Positions 48,236 through 59,917 of a stretch of 64,000 bases of DNA are shown here, piece by piece. The stretch's first letter is position 1; each line of letters opens with the position of its first letter. The notes beneath the pieces are model-generated. The model did not search any database and was not told where the DNA came from. It worked only from the letters and a program-made list of their open reading frames with translations. The stretch is taken from the NCBI GenBank assembly GCA_001179505.1, contig CDMY01000433.1, forward strand, positions 1 to 64,000, read 5' to 3'. The position numbers were made by a program, and so were the translations under genes. Source of the DNA: Vitrella brassicaformis CCMP3155 (lineage: Eukaryota; Protista; Chromerida).

Positions 48236-48466
48236 ACTTTTCCCCTCGTCAAAGTCCCTGAGCAAACCTCTCGGCAGCGCCAACTATCAGGCCCTCCTGT
48301 GGACTCACAAGGCGAGCAACGCCGGAGTAGCGCCAGGCAAGGCTGCTCGTCCGGTGGCAAAGTTGTCCGGTGGTGACTCTGCGTGCGTGCTGATCAGGGT
48401 CTGTGAAGACAGCTGAGCAGTAGGCTGTGCTGTGCCTTGTGGTGTGCGTGCGTTGTGCACCACCCC

Positions 48467-51036
48467 ATGGCAGCTGCAGCTGTGAGTCATCGCGGGATGA
48501 AGCGTCCGGTGGATTTCTCTCAAGTTTGTGGGGAGGACGGGGACCACTGGCATGACGATCATGGCGTGGGGGGTGCGGTGTCGCCGCCGTCAGGTGGGGA
48601 GGGAAGGAGGGAGGGATGGAGAGAACGGGAGATGGGGAAGAGACCACCTGTCGTGCGTTGCGTTGGTTGCACCTGCTGTTGTTGGTGTGCAGGAGGGATG
48701 GACAAACGTCACCATTCCGATGGCGACTTGAGTGCGTGGGGTCACATGGGGCTGCCCGTCGGCGAGCAGATGGTCGGCGAGACCCCACGGTGTGCTGCGG
48801 GTGCGGCGTCCTCTTCACCCAGATACGACATGGGCTCGTCCGTCCCTCCCCCTCCCCCTCCCCCCCTTCCATCCCTGCCCCTCATGGCCGATGAGGGCGG
48901 CCACGGCCACCCTACACACCCAATGGCTGATGCGGCTGAGGACCACGAGCTGGCCATCCCGCCCAACATCATCGCTGAGGCCCTCCTGCGGTGTCTGCTG
49001 GACCACACCAAGCCGGGCAGCCCTCTGGGGATCCAGTGGATGCCCGCTGACACCGCCATGGGGGCGGCCGGCGGCTGCTTTGTCGTACAGATAGAACACG
49101 CCGACCAGCTCTATGACGGCGGGGTCTTCAAGCCACCCACACTCGCCAGATCAGACATCGAGGCATCCCTCAAACAGGTCAGCCAGTCAAGAGGCGGATG
49201 GCGGTCTCCACGGGGCTGGAATAGAATAAGACGTCTTGTGTGTTTGTGCGTGGTGTGTGTGCAGGCGTTGTCGAGTCGCAATCGGCTGTTCTCTGACGAG
49301 TCCCACTGGATCGACCCCTCCCGTGTTGGTGTGCGCAAGGACGGGATGCCGATCCCCTGGCCGATTGCGTCGCAGTGGACCCAGATGGCCACCAACAACT
49401 ACCACTCGATGCCCCCGGCCCTTCCCATGTCGCCCCCCCACGGCCAGCCGTGCATCCCTCTCCCTCCCCCCGCCCCCATGCACCACCTGCCGGTCATGTC
49501 GCCCACCCACCTCCCCCTCCCTCCCCTCCCCATCCCCCTGCCGATGCTGCCCGTCCTCCAGCGGCAGCAGGGGGGCATCGGCGGGGGCGGTGGGCCTCAC
49601 CACCCACAGATGCGCCGCATCATGCCGCTGGTGCCACCCAATCACAGCAACATGGGGCAGGGTGGGGGTGCACCCCCATGGCCATTCGACACACTCCCGG
49701 AACATATCAACAGTAAGCACAGCACCTACCTATCAGATCTGACACGCGTCTCGTTTGTGCATTGCATTGGTGCCCTCCCCTCACTTGTCTGTCTGTCTGT
49801 CTGTCTGGATCAGATCGTGCGTTGAGTGACGACGAGGTGGTCGAGTACGCGCGTCAGCTGCTGGACGACGCCCGCAGCCGCGAGGAGGGCCCCGGTTTGA
49901 ATGTGTCGTGGGACAAGCGGTCCAGGGCCTTCAAGCTGTCATTGAGGGACCCGAAGTTTCGACTCTTCCGTGAGTTCCGCCCGGCGGAGAAGACCGTCAA
50001 GGGCGTCTGTGAGGCGCTGGCCAAGGCACTCAAGCTGCGGGACGATGCCAGGGCCGGCAGGCTCACTAACCAGGCCGGAGGGCCACACATTCACTCACCC
50101 AGAGGCAACCCAAGCAGAGGTACGTACGTACGTATGCACGTACAAACGGCACCTACACACCACACCATACCAGACCGACGGGAACTTGTTTGTATGCTTG
50201 TGGGGCTTGTGGATGTCTGCCTCTCTGTCTTGTCTTTGTGGCGCACGTATACATCCATGCAGCGATGCCGCGGATGCCGCCAGCAGTGTGTGAGCCGCCT
50301 TCCATGGGGCCCCCGCCCATCCCGGTCGACGTATCCGCATTCGCAGACAGCACGCGGGAAGAAATCGCCGGTGGGTCGCTCAAGCGCCCACACTACACCC
50401 CTTTCAATGGCACACGCACCTAACCTGAAAAAATACCTGAACCGATGGATGTGTTGCTTGCAGCGAAATTTCCAGCGGCGTTTCGTCAGCTGACTCCATC
50501 CGACCTTCGTCAGGCGGCTCAGGTGCTGTTGAACCGGCTGCGTGCGCAGTGCTCGATGGAGGAGTGCGGCGTGGGAGAGGGCCGGAAGGGCGGGCTGGGG
50601 ATCAACCTGCAGACACAGACGACCAGTTTCGCCGTCAACATCCAGGTGGGCGGCAAGACCCACTACGGCGGCTCCCACCACCCCCCCTCACCGACCTTTG
50701 AGGGCATCGTCACGGCACTCAAGGCCGCCGTCGGATCCAGAAACAACCTCACACACTCCCTCGGGTAGGTAGGGTAGGGGACACACAACACACCCAACTC
50801 AGTCAGTGCTGACAGGAGCGGCCGGGCTGGGGGCATCGATACATCGCACAGTCTGTCTGACCAAAACACGTGTGTGTGTGTTTTTGTGTGTGTGTGTGTG
50901 TGTGTTCCTGTGTAGGATGCCGGGTTTCATCCCCATGGTGCGTGTGGATCAGGCGTGGATAGCGCTGCTCGAGGACAAACAGACCGTCGACCAACAACAC
51001 GACACACAGCCTCAAACAGAACGGGTCAGTGAGTGA
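48467..51036 (+). CDS. ApiAP2-like transcription factor with three divergent AP2-type domains
   Basis: Three segments share the pattern G-strand-F-strand-F/H-P-helix(AL..A...R): LGIQW..GCFVVQI..VFKPP..IEASLKQALSSRN, GLNVSWDKRSRAFKLSL..REFRP..VCEALAKALKLRD, and LGINLQ..SFAVNIQV..HHPP..IVTALKAAVGSRN. They are separated by Pro/Met-rich linkers. Start and end are approximate. Confidence 0.6.
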
Positions 51037-51346
51037 GTGAGGCCCACACCCAGGCGGACAGGCAGAGCAGGCAGCCACTATCAAATCGATGGACGATGGA
51101 TTGAGCAGCTCATCTGTATGGCGGGTGGTGTGTTGTGTTGCGTGTGTCGTGTTGTGTGTGTATGTCAGGCGGCTGGGCTGCCCCAGGCGTGACAGCCTCC
51201 TGGATGGATGGATAGCTGACTGAAGCCAGTCGGGTCCGCCACCAGGGAGGGCGCAACCAAGGGGCTTGCTTGGCGTGTCAGTGTTCTGTACAAAGGGCGA
51301 CGAGCGCCTACCTGCGCACGCTGGTTGGGTGGCTGGCTACTGTCTA

Positions 51347-51377
<31 letters not shown>

Positions 51378-52081
51378 TGAACAGCTGTGTGTTTTTCAGG
51401 ATAGATGTATTGGTTGCTGCTGGCTGGCACACAAGTAATACCCAACGTTTCCATCCAACCATCAGATGGATGGTGCCTATCTATCCTAGACAGATCCTAT
51501 CTATATAGTACTAATATAGAGAGAGAGGGTGATGTATGTGTCAGTCTCGGTGAGTCACTTTTCCAAACTAGGCAAGGCAAGGCCAGCTTACTAAGTAATT
51601 AAGCGGACGGACAAGAGGGCGAAGGCACGCATGTAAGTGGATGGATGCCTTCATGCCTGCCTGCGTGAGTGCCAGCACGTGTGAGCGGGTGTGGGGTGTG
51701 CAGGTAGGGCGATATATGGGTGAGAGAGAGATTGACGCTGACTCTGGTTTCTATGGAATAATGATGAGTCGTTCTCTACACATACGTTACGCAATGCAAT
51801 CCATACACGAAAAACGGTCAGATACACACACGCACAGTCGCCTACACAGCAGACATGCCATGCCATGGCCATGCCCGACGCTGGCCAGACACCACCTATC
51901 CGGCCATCAAGCCATCCATCCATCTCATCGTGCTTCTTTCTAGCTAGGCTCACAAGAAGCTCCCTCTCACCCACCTCAACTACCGATCTATCTGTCTGCC
52001 TGCGTGCCTGCCTCGGTGGAAGGAAGCACACCCCTGGTTGTTGCTGCTGCTGCCGCCGCTACAGATCGCCCGTCACACTCA

Positions 52082-54453
52082 CTATTCGTTCCACTGCTTC
52101 CGCTCCTGCCCTGCCGGCGGCTCGAGAGGCTCCTTCTCGTAATCCCTGCACACATGCATACGCCCACACAGTAAATGAGGGATGGATGGATGGTAGGATC
52201 GATGACAACAAACCAATTAGCACGCCCCAAATGCAGTGCAGTGTGTTGTGCTGTCAGGCTCCCTCCCTCCCTCACTTGTGGCTGACTTCGCCCCAGTTGG
52301 TGGACAATACCGTCCCGCCAGACGTTTGCTGCGCACACACACAGGGCAGACACACAGCAATCAATAGGTAGGGAGGGAGTTACCCATCAGTCAGTCAGTC
52401 GGTCAGTCACACTGGGTTACATTCATTCGGCTTACGAAGGACTTGACCATGGCCCGTCTGGTGTCTTCGTCGCCCTTGGCGTATATCTCCCTGAAGAGGG
52501 CGTTGAGCGCCGCCTCGCCCTCAGGCCTCTCGGCCTTCAACTCGTCCTCCAACTCCTGCACACACGCAGACGCACGCACACACACACACACATAGAAAAC
52601 ACACACACAAAGCGCGTGCAGGAGTGAGTGACCGACCGACCTTGTCGATTTGTTCCCAGTCTTTCTTCTGAGCCCGTGATGAGGGATACTGACGTGCCTC
52701 ACCTGCCAGTCACCGCATAAACACCACACGAACACACAACACGTACGTACGTCATCCGGGGGGGCATATATCTCTCTAGGTAACAAACATGTGTCCGTGT
52801 CCAGCTCATGTCAGTGTGTCAGTGCAGTGCAGTGACCCTTCTTGTTCTCTGCTGCCTTCTCCAGTGTGGGCCATACAGCACCTGCACACACGCAGAAAAA
52901 GAGACACACTCGCACAGACGAACGATCCCTGAAGCAGCTGATGTCTCGACACTCCACGCACTTCTCACCCTTCCGTCCCTGCCTAGCCTACCTACCGTAT
53001 GTTTTCTTTTTCATTTTGAGTTCGACTTTGAGTGGGGAGACGACCACAGTGGACATGTCGGGGACGATGTCGCCGTGCAGCTCGCCCACACGCAACACCC
53101 ACGGACAGACCTCACCCTCGCCTATCCACACAAACACATGGGGAACGAGCGGAGTGAGGCCGGTCGGTCGGCAGGCGGTACCTGGCAGCTGCAGAGTAAG
53201 CGAGAAGGACCTAAGGTCAGCCAACGGATGGCAACAAACAAGGGTGAGCCAGCTATCCATCCATCTCACCAGTCTCCGACTCGTTCGAGTACCTGTCAGC
53301 GAAAGTAGCGTTGCATTGTTTGTCGGTGAGGCCCTTGGCGTACACAGTCACCATCACGTGGCTCGACGTCTGCATCCACTCGTGCCTGCACCGTACATAT
53401 GTTGACAGACAGACAGACAGACAGACAGGCAGACAGACAGGCAGACAGACAGGCAGACAGACAGGCAGACAGACAGGGAGGGAGGGAGGGAGGGAAGAGG
53501 GAGCAATGCATGCCAAGTGTTTATATATTGTCCCTCTGCGTCTTGACCCGTTTACCTGATTTTGTGTGAGGCGGCATCATCCGAAGGTGGGGGCTGCGGC
53601 TGTTGCCTCTCCTTGGGCAGCACAGCGGGGGCCTCCTTCACTACTGGAGCCGCTGGCATGGGCCGCTCGGCCGAACGCGGCGGAACAACGCTGTGGCCGT
53701 TGACTGAGGCACTGCTCGTAGACAGCGGGTAGACAGAGCCTGACATACAGATAGGTCTGTCCATCCATCGACTGGCCCGGCTGGCGTGCCAGAGCACACA
53801 GACCGACCTGATATTTCGGCGTTGCATTTCCTGATCCATCTGTCCCATGGGACGGCGGGGGTGTCGGTGCCAGTGCCCATCTGGTGGTGCATGTCGGCCC
53901 CCTTCTGGAAACACGTTAGGGCGGCCTCGTACTCACGCTGACTGTACAAACACTCCCTGAGCAAACATTCAGCACACCACAGGACAGGAGGGTCTGCCTT
54001 CATTGATCTATCTATCTGTCTGCCGTGCGTGTGCGTACAGTACCCCTTCCTGAGGAATGCCATGAGTTTGGGTTTGGTCGGCCCCTCGCCGGCCTGACGC
54101 GACAAAACCTCGTTGCTGTCAGCTACGCCACCTGAACAAACCATCAGCCATCGAGACGATCTTGGTGCAGCAAGAATGAGGGAGTCTGACGTCGTCTACC
54201 TACCTGGGAAGTTTCCCGAGTGGATGTGTGCTGCCGCCCGGTTTGTGAGGCACTCGAGCACATCCTGGGGAGGAGATCCGACGTCTATGCCCTCCGAGTA
54301 AGCTGCACGCACACCAACAGATCTGCTGCTTGTGTGTTGTCCGCTGCCATCATTCATCGCCGTGTTTTGTGTGTGTTGACCTTCGATGGCCAGCGCATAG
54401 CTTCCGTCGACAAAGCGGCTGTTGCCGACACACAGCCACCTGTTCGCGTCCAT
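52082..54453 (-). CDS. SGT1: SGT1 co-chaperone (TPR-CS-SGS)
   Basis: TPR ([30 protein letters not shown]; [10 protein letters not shown]), CS ([19 protein letters not shown]; [10 protein letters not shown]) and SGS ([44 protein letters not shown]; [11 protein letters not shown]) domains. Confidence 0.93.
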
Positions 54454-54466
54454 GTTGCCTCTCTGT

Positions 54467-54475
54467 TGCGAGCTT
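54467..54475 (-). promoter_or_regulatory. AAGCTCGCA motif in the 61-bp SGT1/IFT43 bidirectional gap
   Basis: TGCGAGCTT on the + strand at 54467-54475, between ATGs at 54453 (-) and 54515 (+). Confidence 0.5.
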
Positions 54476-54514
54476 GGAGGATGTAAATGGAGCTCTTTTG
54501 GGGGCTGGACAGTA

Positions 54515-55500
54515 ATGAGTGAGCAGCGTCAGCAGGGCTGGAGTTCCGACGGCCCGCCTGTGCCGCGGGGGCCCGGGGGTGTGGCGAAGCGTGAGCCTGA
54601 CCTTGAGCCGATGGATTCGTCTGGTCAGGATGAGCCGCAGATCCCCACACTCGAGGAGGCCGACGATGACGACCACACACAACACCAGGTGGCAGCGCCA
54701 CCCGCATTCTTAAAGGTCAGGACGCCGAGAGGATGGCAGGGAGGAAGGAAGATAGTACATAGAGAAATTGGCCTGCCTGACAATGGGCCCGAGCCAGTGA
54801 CCTGTCTGTATGTTCATGTGTATGTCTGTGTGCAGGTGTTGAAGCCCGTGAGTATCAAGAAGGATTTCCGCTCCACCCTACTGCTCCACCCGGTGGGCGT
54901 GTACTGACGTGATGGTGCCTGACGCCGAAACGATAATGTCCTCCCTCTGGTGGCTGGTTGGTCATGTATGTCTGTGTGCAGGAGGAGGGGGTGGATTTAA
55001 GCATTCTCACGACCACACTGTGCTCCGAGAAAGCCGTACACATACACACACGACGAGAGAGAAATGGCTGAGGGGCATATGTGCGGTCGTATGGGTGGGT
55101 GGGTGGGTGGGTGGGTGGAAACTGTCTGCAGATCCGCGAAGCCGAGCAGGACGTGCTGTGGGACTACGATATACTCTTTTCGGAGGTGAGCAGGACACCC
55201 ATCAGTCAGCAGACACTGCACGTGGACGTATGTGATTCTCTCTGTCCGCTTGCCTTTCATCCTTCCATCCATCTGTTTGTCCCTCCCACAGATTGCCTCC
55301 TCGCTGCGGTCGCAGACATTCGAAGACACGGACACCCACTCCAAAACCAACATGGCCACTCAGGTCTGTGGGTATCATGATAACGATATACACGGACGGC
55401 TAGCCTAACCACTGAGTGCACTGGGTGGGGTGCTATGGATATGTGCGCCTCGCCTTGTCCGTGTGTGCAGGGCGGCGTGGCGTACGACTTGCCGTATTGA
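54515..55500 (+). CDS. IFT43: Intraflagellar transport protein 43
   Basis: The spliced product contains IPTLEEADDDDHTQHQVAAPP and EEGVDLSILTTTLCSEKAIREAEQDVLWDYDILFSEIASSL, matching the IFT43 IPDLEE..QVAAPP and IDLKLLT..L..E..V.E....WDWD.LFTEV blocks. Confidence 0.8.
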
Positions 55501-55933
55501 TTGGATTGCGTTTCGTCGTGTCGGGTGGACTGACTTTTCCCTCCGTCCGTCCGTATGTAGTCCCTCCCTCCCTGTCTGATGGTGTTTGTCTCGGTCTACG
55601 TGTGGGAGACCGACAGAGAGCACCCATCCATCCCATTGGTTTAAACCACAGATGGCCATGAATGAAGGTCTCGCATGCGGTCCCATTGCATCCATCCATC
55701 GCAGGACAGGTCATGGCACATGTAGCACATGATTCAGTCAGGCGGGTAGTGGGGTACGTACAGAGGGAAAATGGGGCGGGGGGGAGGGAGAGATAGGGAG
55801 AGAGATAGGCAACAAGCAGTGAGCTCCTCTGACTTGTTGCAATCATTCGACTGTCCGCAGTGTATCCATCCTGTAGATAGCAAGCACGGCTACACACAGA
55901 CAGCCAAGGCGAAGCTGTACACCAGTCAGTTCG

Positions 55934-56865
55934 TCATCTGAACTCGAAGCCTTGTTCCTGAGTGGCAGTTTGCGGCCGTTGAAGCCCGCCCGCCCCGGTG
56001 TCCTGCGCCTTCCTCTGCTTCATCATGTCCTCCATCATCTTGTTGCTCGCCGCCTGCTGAATGTACTGCCTGCACACACACACACACACACACACACAAA
56101 TCCATCCTCAAACGTAAAGTGTTGTGTAGTGTTCGGTGTATCTGTCTGTCTTACTGTCGGGGTGACTGTGCCCATTTCCGCTGCACGATCATGGACACGC
56201 CCTCGATGATGGTCAGCAGCACACCACCTATCATCGCATTCCGCATCGCAGAACGCCACCCACCTGAGCGAGTTGATGGATGCAGTACACCAACACATAC
56301 ACACCGCGGACATGAGCCCTGTCTATCGGGCTTAAGCAAGTCGGCGTGTGTTCGTGCCTCTGAGTGCGAGTGTGCCGCCTGTGAGGAAGCCCGACGCTAT
56401 CGCGTTCCAGTGGTCCTCCTTGCCACGCAGGTACTGAAAACTGCAATCAAACACCGAAAACGTGCCGCCCCACACCGCAAAATTGCCTGAAGAAGATCCA
56501 TAAGATGACAGAAATGGATAATAACCAGACAGGCAATGGGGATGGATGCACCAGTCTGGCTGTCTACCACACAGGTAGGTGCTGTGTTGAGCTCACCGCC
56601 CAGGCCGGGTGCTCTTGATTTGGCGCTGTAGAGAGCGCCCGACAGCACCTCTCCCCTGGGGGAGTTCCTGGCGCCCTTGACAAAGTGCCACAGGAAACCG
56701 CCCACACAGCCCATCCCAAATGCACCGCCCAAATCCTCCACTATGCGGTCGGGACATGGCTGCACACACGGAATCCATCCCACGTACACATCACGGATGG
56801 ACACATGGATGGATGCAGCAAGGTGTGCGTACCTCTCGGCCGAGGTCTGACGAGTGTTCTCCCAT
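55934..56865 (-). CDS. TIM17: Mitochondrial inner membrane translocase subunit Tim17
   Basis: [91 protein letters not shown]. Confidence 0.95.
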
Positions 56866-57056
56866 CTAGCTATGTGTCCACGGACCGCACTTGGACAGTC
56901 AGTGCCTTTCCCCTCTGCCCGCAAAGACAATCAAAAAGGCGAGGGGGAGATGGTCCATGACAATAAGTATTCCATGACCATCTTTCGTTGTGTGTTTCAT
57001 GCAGCCTTCCTACCTTGTGTGAATAATGGTGCAGGGGGAGGGAAGACAGGCAAGTG

Positions 57057-59580
57057 AAGCTCGCAGTCGAGATTTTTTCTCGACGAGAGACGGCTGGCGA
57101 CAACAGCAATTGTTATCTCCGCAACCGCGCTAAACTTTCAGTTGCTCCTTTCGTTACATTTATCATGCTGCAGGACCCGCCCGGACTTGAGGAGGAGATC
57201 TGAGGTTCTTCTTCTCCCAGCTTGTCAGCGCGCAGGGCGCATGGAACAACGCGTACGTTGAGAAACAGAAACAGCCACGCAGACGCAAAGCGGAAGAACG
57301 AACAGCATGCATCTGTTCTTCCTCCCTGTTCAGATCGAGAAACTGGACGCGGAGAGGGATGCACTGAAGAGTGAGCGATTGGGCGGGTCCCACTTGTCTG
57401 TCCCCCATGCGCCCATCTGTCTGGCTGGCTGGCTGAGTGAGACATCTGCGTGCTTTCTCTCGTGTGTACGCATGAATGTATGCAATGAATGCAGAGAGGC
57501 TCAAAGACACCACTGGTCAAGGTCAAGACGGATAGCTTTGCTACTTCCGCCTCGCCTCTTTCCTGACTGAGGATACGCATGCCTTCTTTTGCGCTGTACT
57601 CAAACACGCAGGTCAGGAGGCTGGAATCGGAGGTCAAGGATCTCAAAGGTCAGTCAGTCACGAGTTGTCAGTCATATCTAAGCATCTCCTTTTGCCACCT
57701 GCGTGCAGAGCGCCTCAAGACCAAGAGTGTGACGGCCAGCACTCACCCCAACAAGGTCAATGGACAAAGAAGCGAGGATCACGCCACGGAGTGACTGATG
57801 ACCGAGGCCTCGCCTCCTTTGTGAATCGATTGATGTTTAGATTGTCATGCTGCAGGACCCGTCCGGACTTGAGGAGGAGAGGACCCCAACTCATCAGGCC
57901 AGGAGCTGCAGCTGGACGAGGCCACCGCGCCTTCTCGCCGGCGCCTGACGAGGTACATGAAGGAAGACCCGGGGCAGCATTAGACAAACTGAATGGACGG
58001 TTGATGAAACGAAGCATCGCTGGCTGTCTGCTGTCTACCGCGCGCGTTCAGGCCTCCCGGCGCTGTTTCCCTCGGACGAAGGAGCTTAAGGAAAAGTTCG
58101 ATCACTTTGAGCGTTGCCTTCAAGCTAGACCACGAGAACAAGCGGCTTGTTTTTGTGGCGAACAAGCCGTTCGTGCGGCCTATTTCGATGGCGCCAAGCG
58201 GTGCGTGCTGACGGTGGATGGTGGACAGGGGGTGGAACCCTTCGTTGTCGCGATGGACTACCTCGGTAAGCAGGGGAGGCTTTCGACTCGCTGCTGGCTG
58301 TATGGATGCGTTCATGGTCAGGTGGTGAGTGGATGATGGTCACGGAATTTCAGAGGCTGTACAACATCCCCGACATGTGCGAGAGACTCAAGGGTGCGAG
58401 TGACGAGGACGGGGCTTGGAGTAGGGCACATACCGCCCTCCACCCAGCAGAAGTTCACTCGCGCCCGCCCACCTACAGCCGCGGAGCTGGCTGGCCATCA
58501 GGGCGGGACGGACTCCCCCCCGCGACCCCACGGAGGAGGAGCTGGCCCTTTTCTGGCGGGTGATCGAGCTGGGCGAGGACCCCAGTGTGTCCCGTAGGGA
58601 GGTCGAGGAGGCCAACGAGAATTTCGTCTACGCTCCTGACGAGGTACATGAAGGGGGCGGCATTGACAAACCGAATGGATGGAAGCGGAGCATTGCCTGC
58701 GGGCTGTCTGCTGTCTTTTGTGCGTGAGGTCAGGCCGTCCGCCACGTCTTCCGGGCAACCTCCTTTGAGGACATCTGCAGGTTCCACGCCGCCTCGGACC
58801 CGTGGAAGAAGGAGGAATACATGGAGCATGCTCGCTTATACGGTAGGAAGGGACAGGATGGATAAAGATGCACGCCTATCGGTGGTACATGGTGGCGCTC
58901 CTCCTTGTTTTACTCACAGCCCAGGAAATGGCTGCCGCCGCCGCCTCAACCGCACCCCCGCTGGCCGCCCCTCACCCCCCACTGAAGCCGCCAGCCACGC
59001 CGCCAACCGCTGGTGGGGTTACCCCTCCCCCCCGTGTCAACAGCCAGGCAGCCCCCGCATGTCATGCGGCCCGCATACGGGCACCCTTTGCCCACTCGCC
59101 CGCCCCCAACACCAGCACCACCACCACCACCAGCCCTGCCGAGGTACGAGCCAGTCCTAGGATTTCACGTGGGCGACCAGCGGAGCGCACGATGACGCTC
59201 GTGCGAGCCGTCCACCACCAGCCCCCCATCTTACTTACTGTCTGGCGGAGGACCAAGTAGACAGACAGACAGACAGAGAGATGATTGACTGAGTGTGCGT
59301 GACTGTGTGTGGGGGGAGCCGCATTCCAAGGAGGTAGCCAGGCGCCTTTCTCTTGGATTGGTGGGCGCTAAATTTCATCGCTGCCTGCATTTTATATCCT
59401 TAGTGCTCGTTGTCGCGTCCGTTGATACATGCTGTTATAAGCAAGACTTCCAATCTTCCCAATGACCGACTGTGTCTAGCTCGTCGTGGCAGTATGGCCT
59501 CGTGCAGGTGCGAGGATGATATGTAGGCCCACCTTGAGGGTTGGTGCCTTATGTCGCTGCCTGCCTTTTTATGCATTGTG
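57057..59580 (+). repeat. Mosaic repeat locus: leader hairpin, small coiled-coil exons, two exon-intron units (D, E), doubled trailer
   Basis: Leader AAGCTCGCAGTCGAGATTTTTTCTCGACGAGAGACGGC at 57057. A ~36-bp direct repeat lies at about 57165 and 57846. Unit E (about 58625-58995) differs from unit A (about 47585-47950, inverted) at only about a dozen positions. Trailer motifs at 59377 and about 59551. Confidence 0.8.
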
Positions 59581-59917
59581 TGAGGTGACACTCATTGGTG
59601 GTTTCCGTTGTGCTTTTTAAGGTCTGGTGCTTCCGTGTTTTAGGTTGGTGGTTGCGCGACCACTAACTCATTCACTCACCCGTCCGTCCGTCCATCCATC
59701 CATCCATCCGTCCAGCAATGCACCACACTCTTTGCTCTGCAAAGAGGCCACGGAGGAGCGACATAGTTCGGTCCATGCATCCACTCAAAAAGCATGCTAC
59801 TCTTGTCAGTCAGCAGGGAACGACATCTCAGTCATGATTGACGGCAGCCTCATCACGGCGTCCCTCCGTCCCTTTCTTCTCTGTCCGCCCTACACTACAC
59901 AGTGCCCCTTGGTTCAC

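Noticed and set aside
10073-55500. Functional cluster of flagellar genes (polycystin-like, CFAP43, IFT43)
   Set aside because: They are tens of kb apart, interspersed with unrelated housekeeping genes, and flagellar genes are numerous enough for three in 64 kb to be chance.
46660-58740. Conserved in-frame TGA (GCG TGA GGT CAG) in the repeat units as selenocysteine or stop readthrough
   Set aside because: The TGA lies inside a conserved GT-AG intron just before the acceptor, and splicing removes it.
45939-59398. Perfect 22-bp inverted repeat as terminal inverted repeats of a 13.4 kb DNA transposon
   Set aside because: No target-site duplication flanks it, homology continues beyond the 22 bp at the right copy, further copies lie internally and at 7.2-7.4 kb, and no transposase is enclosed. 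It is better explained as part of the shared trailer.
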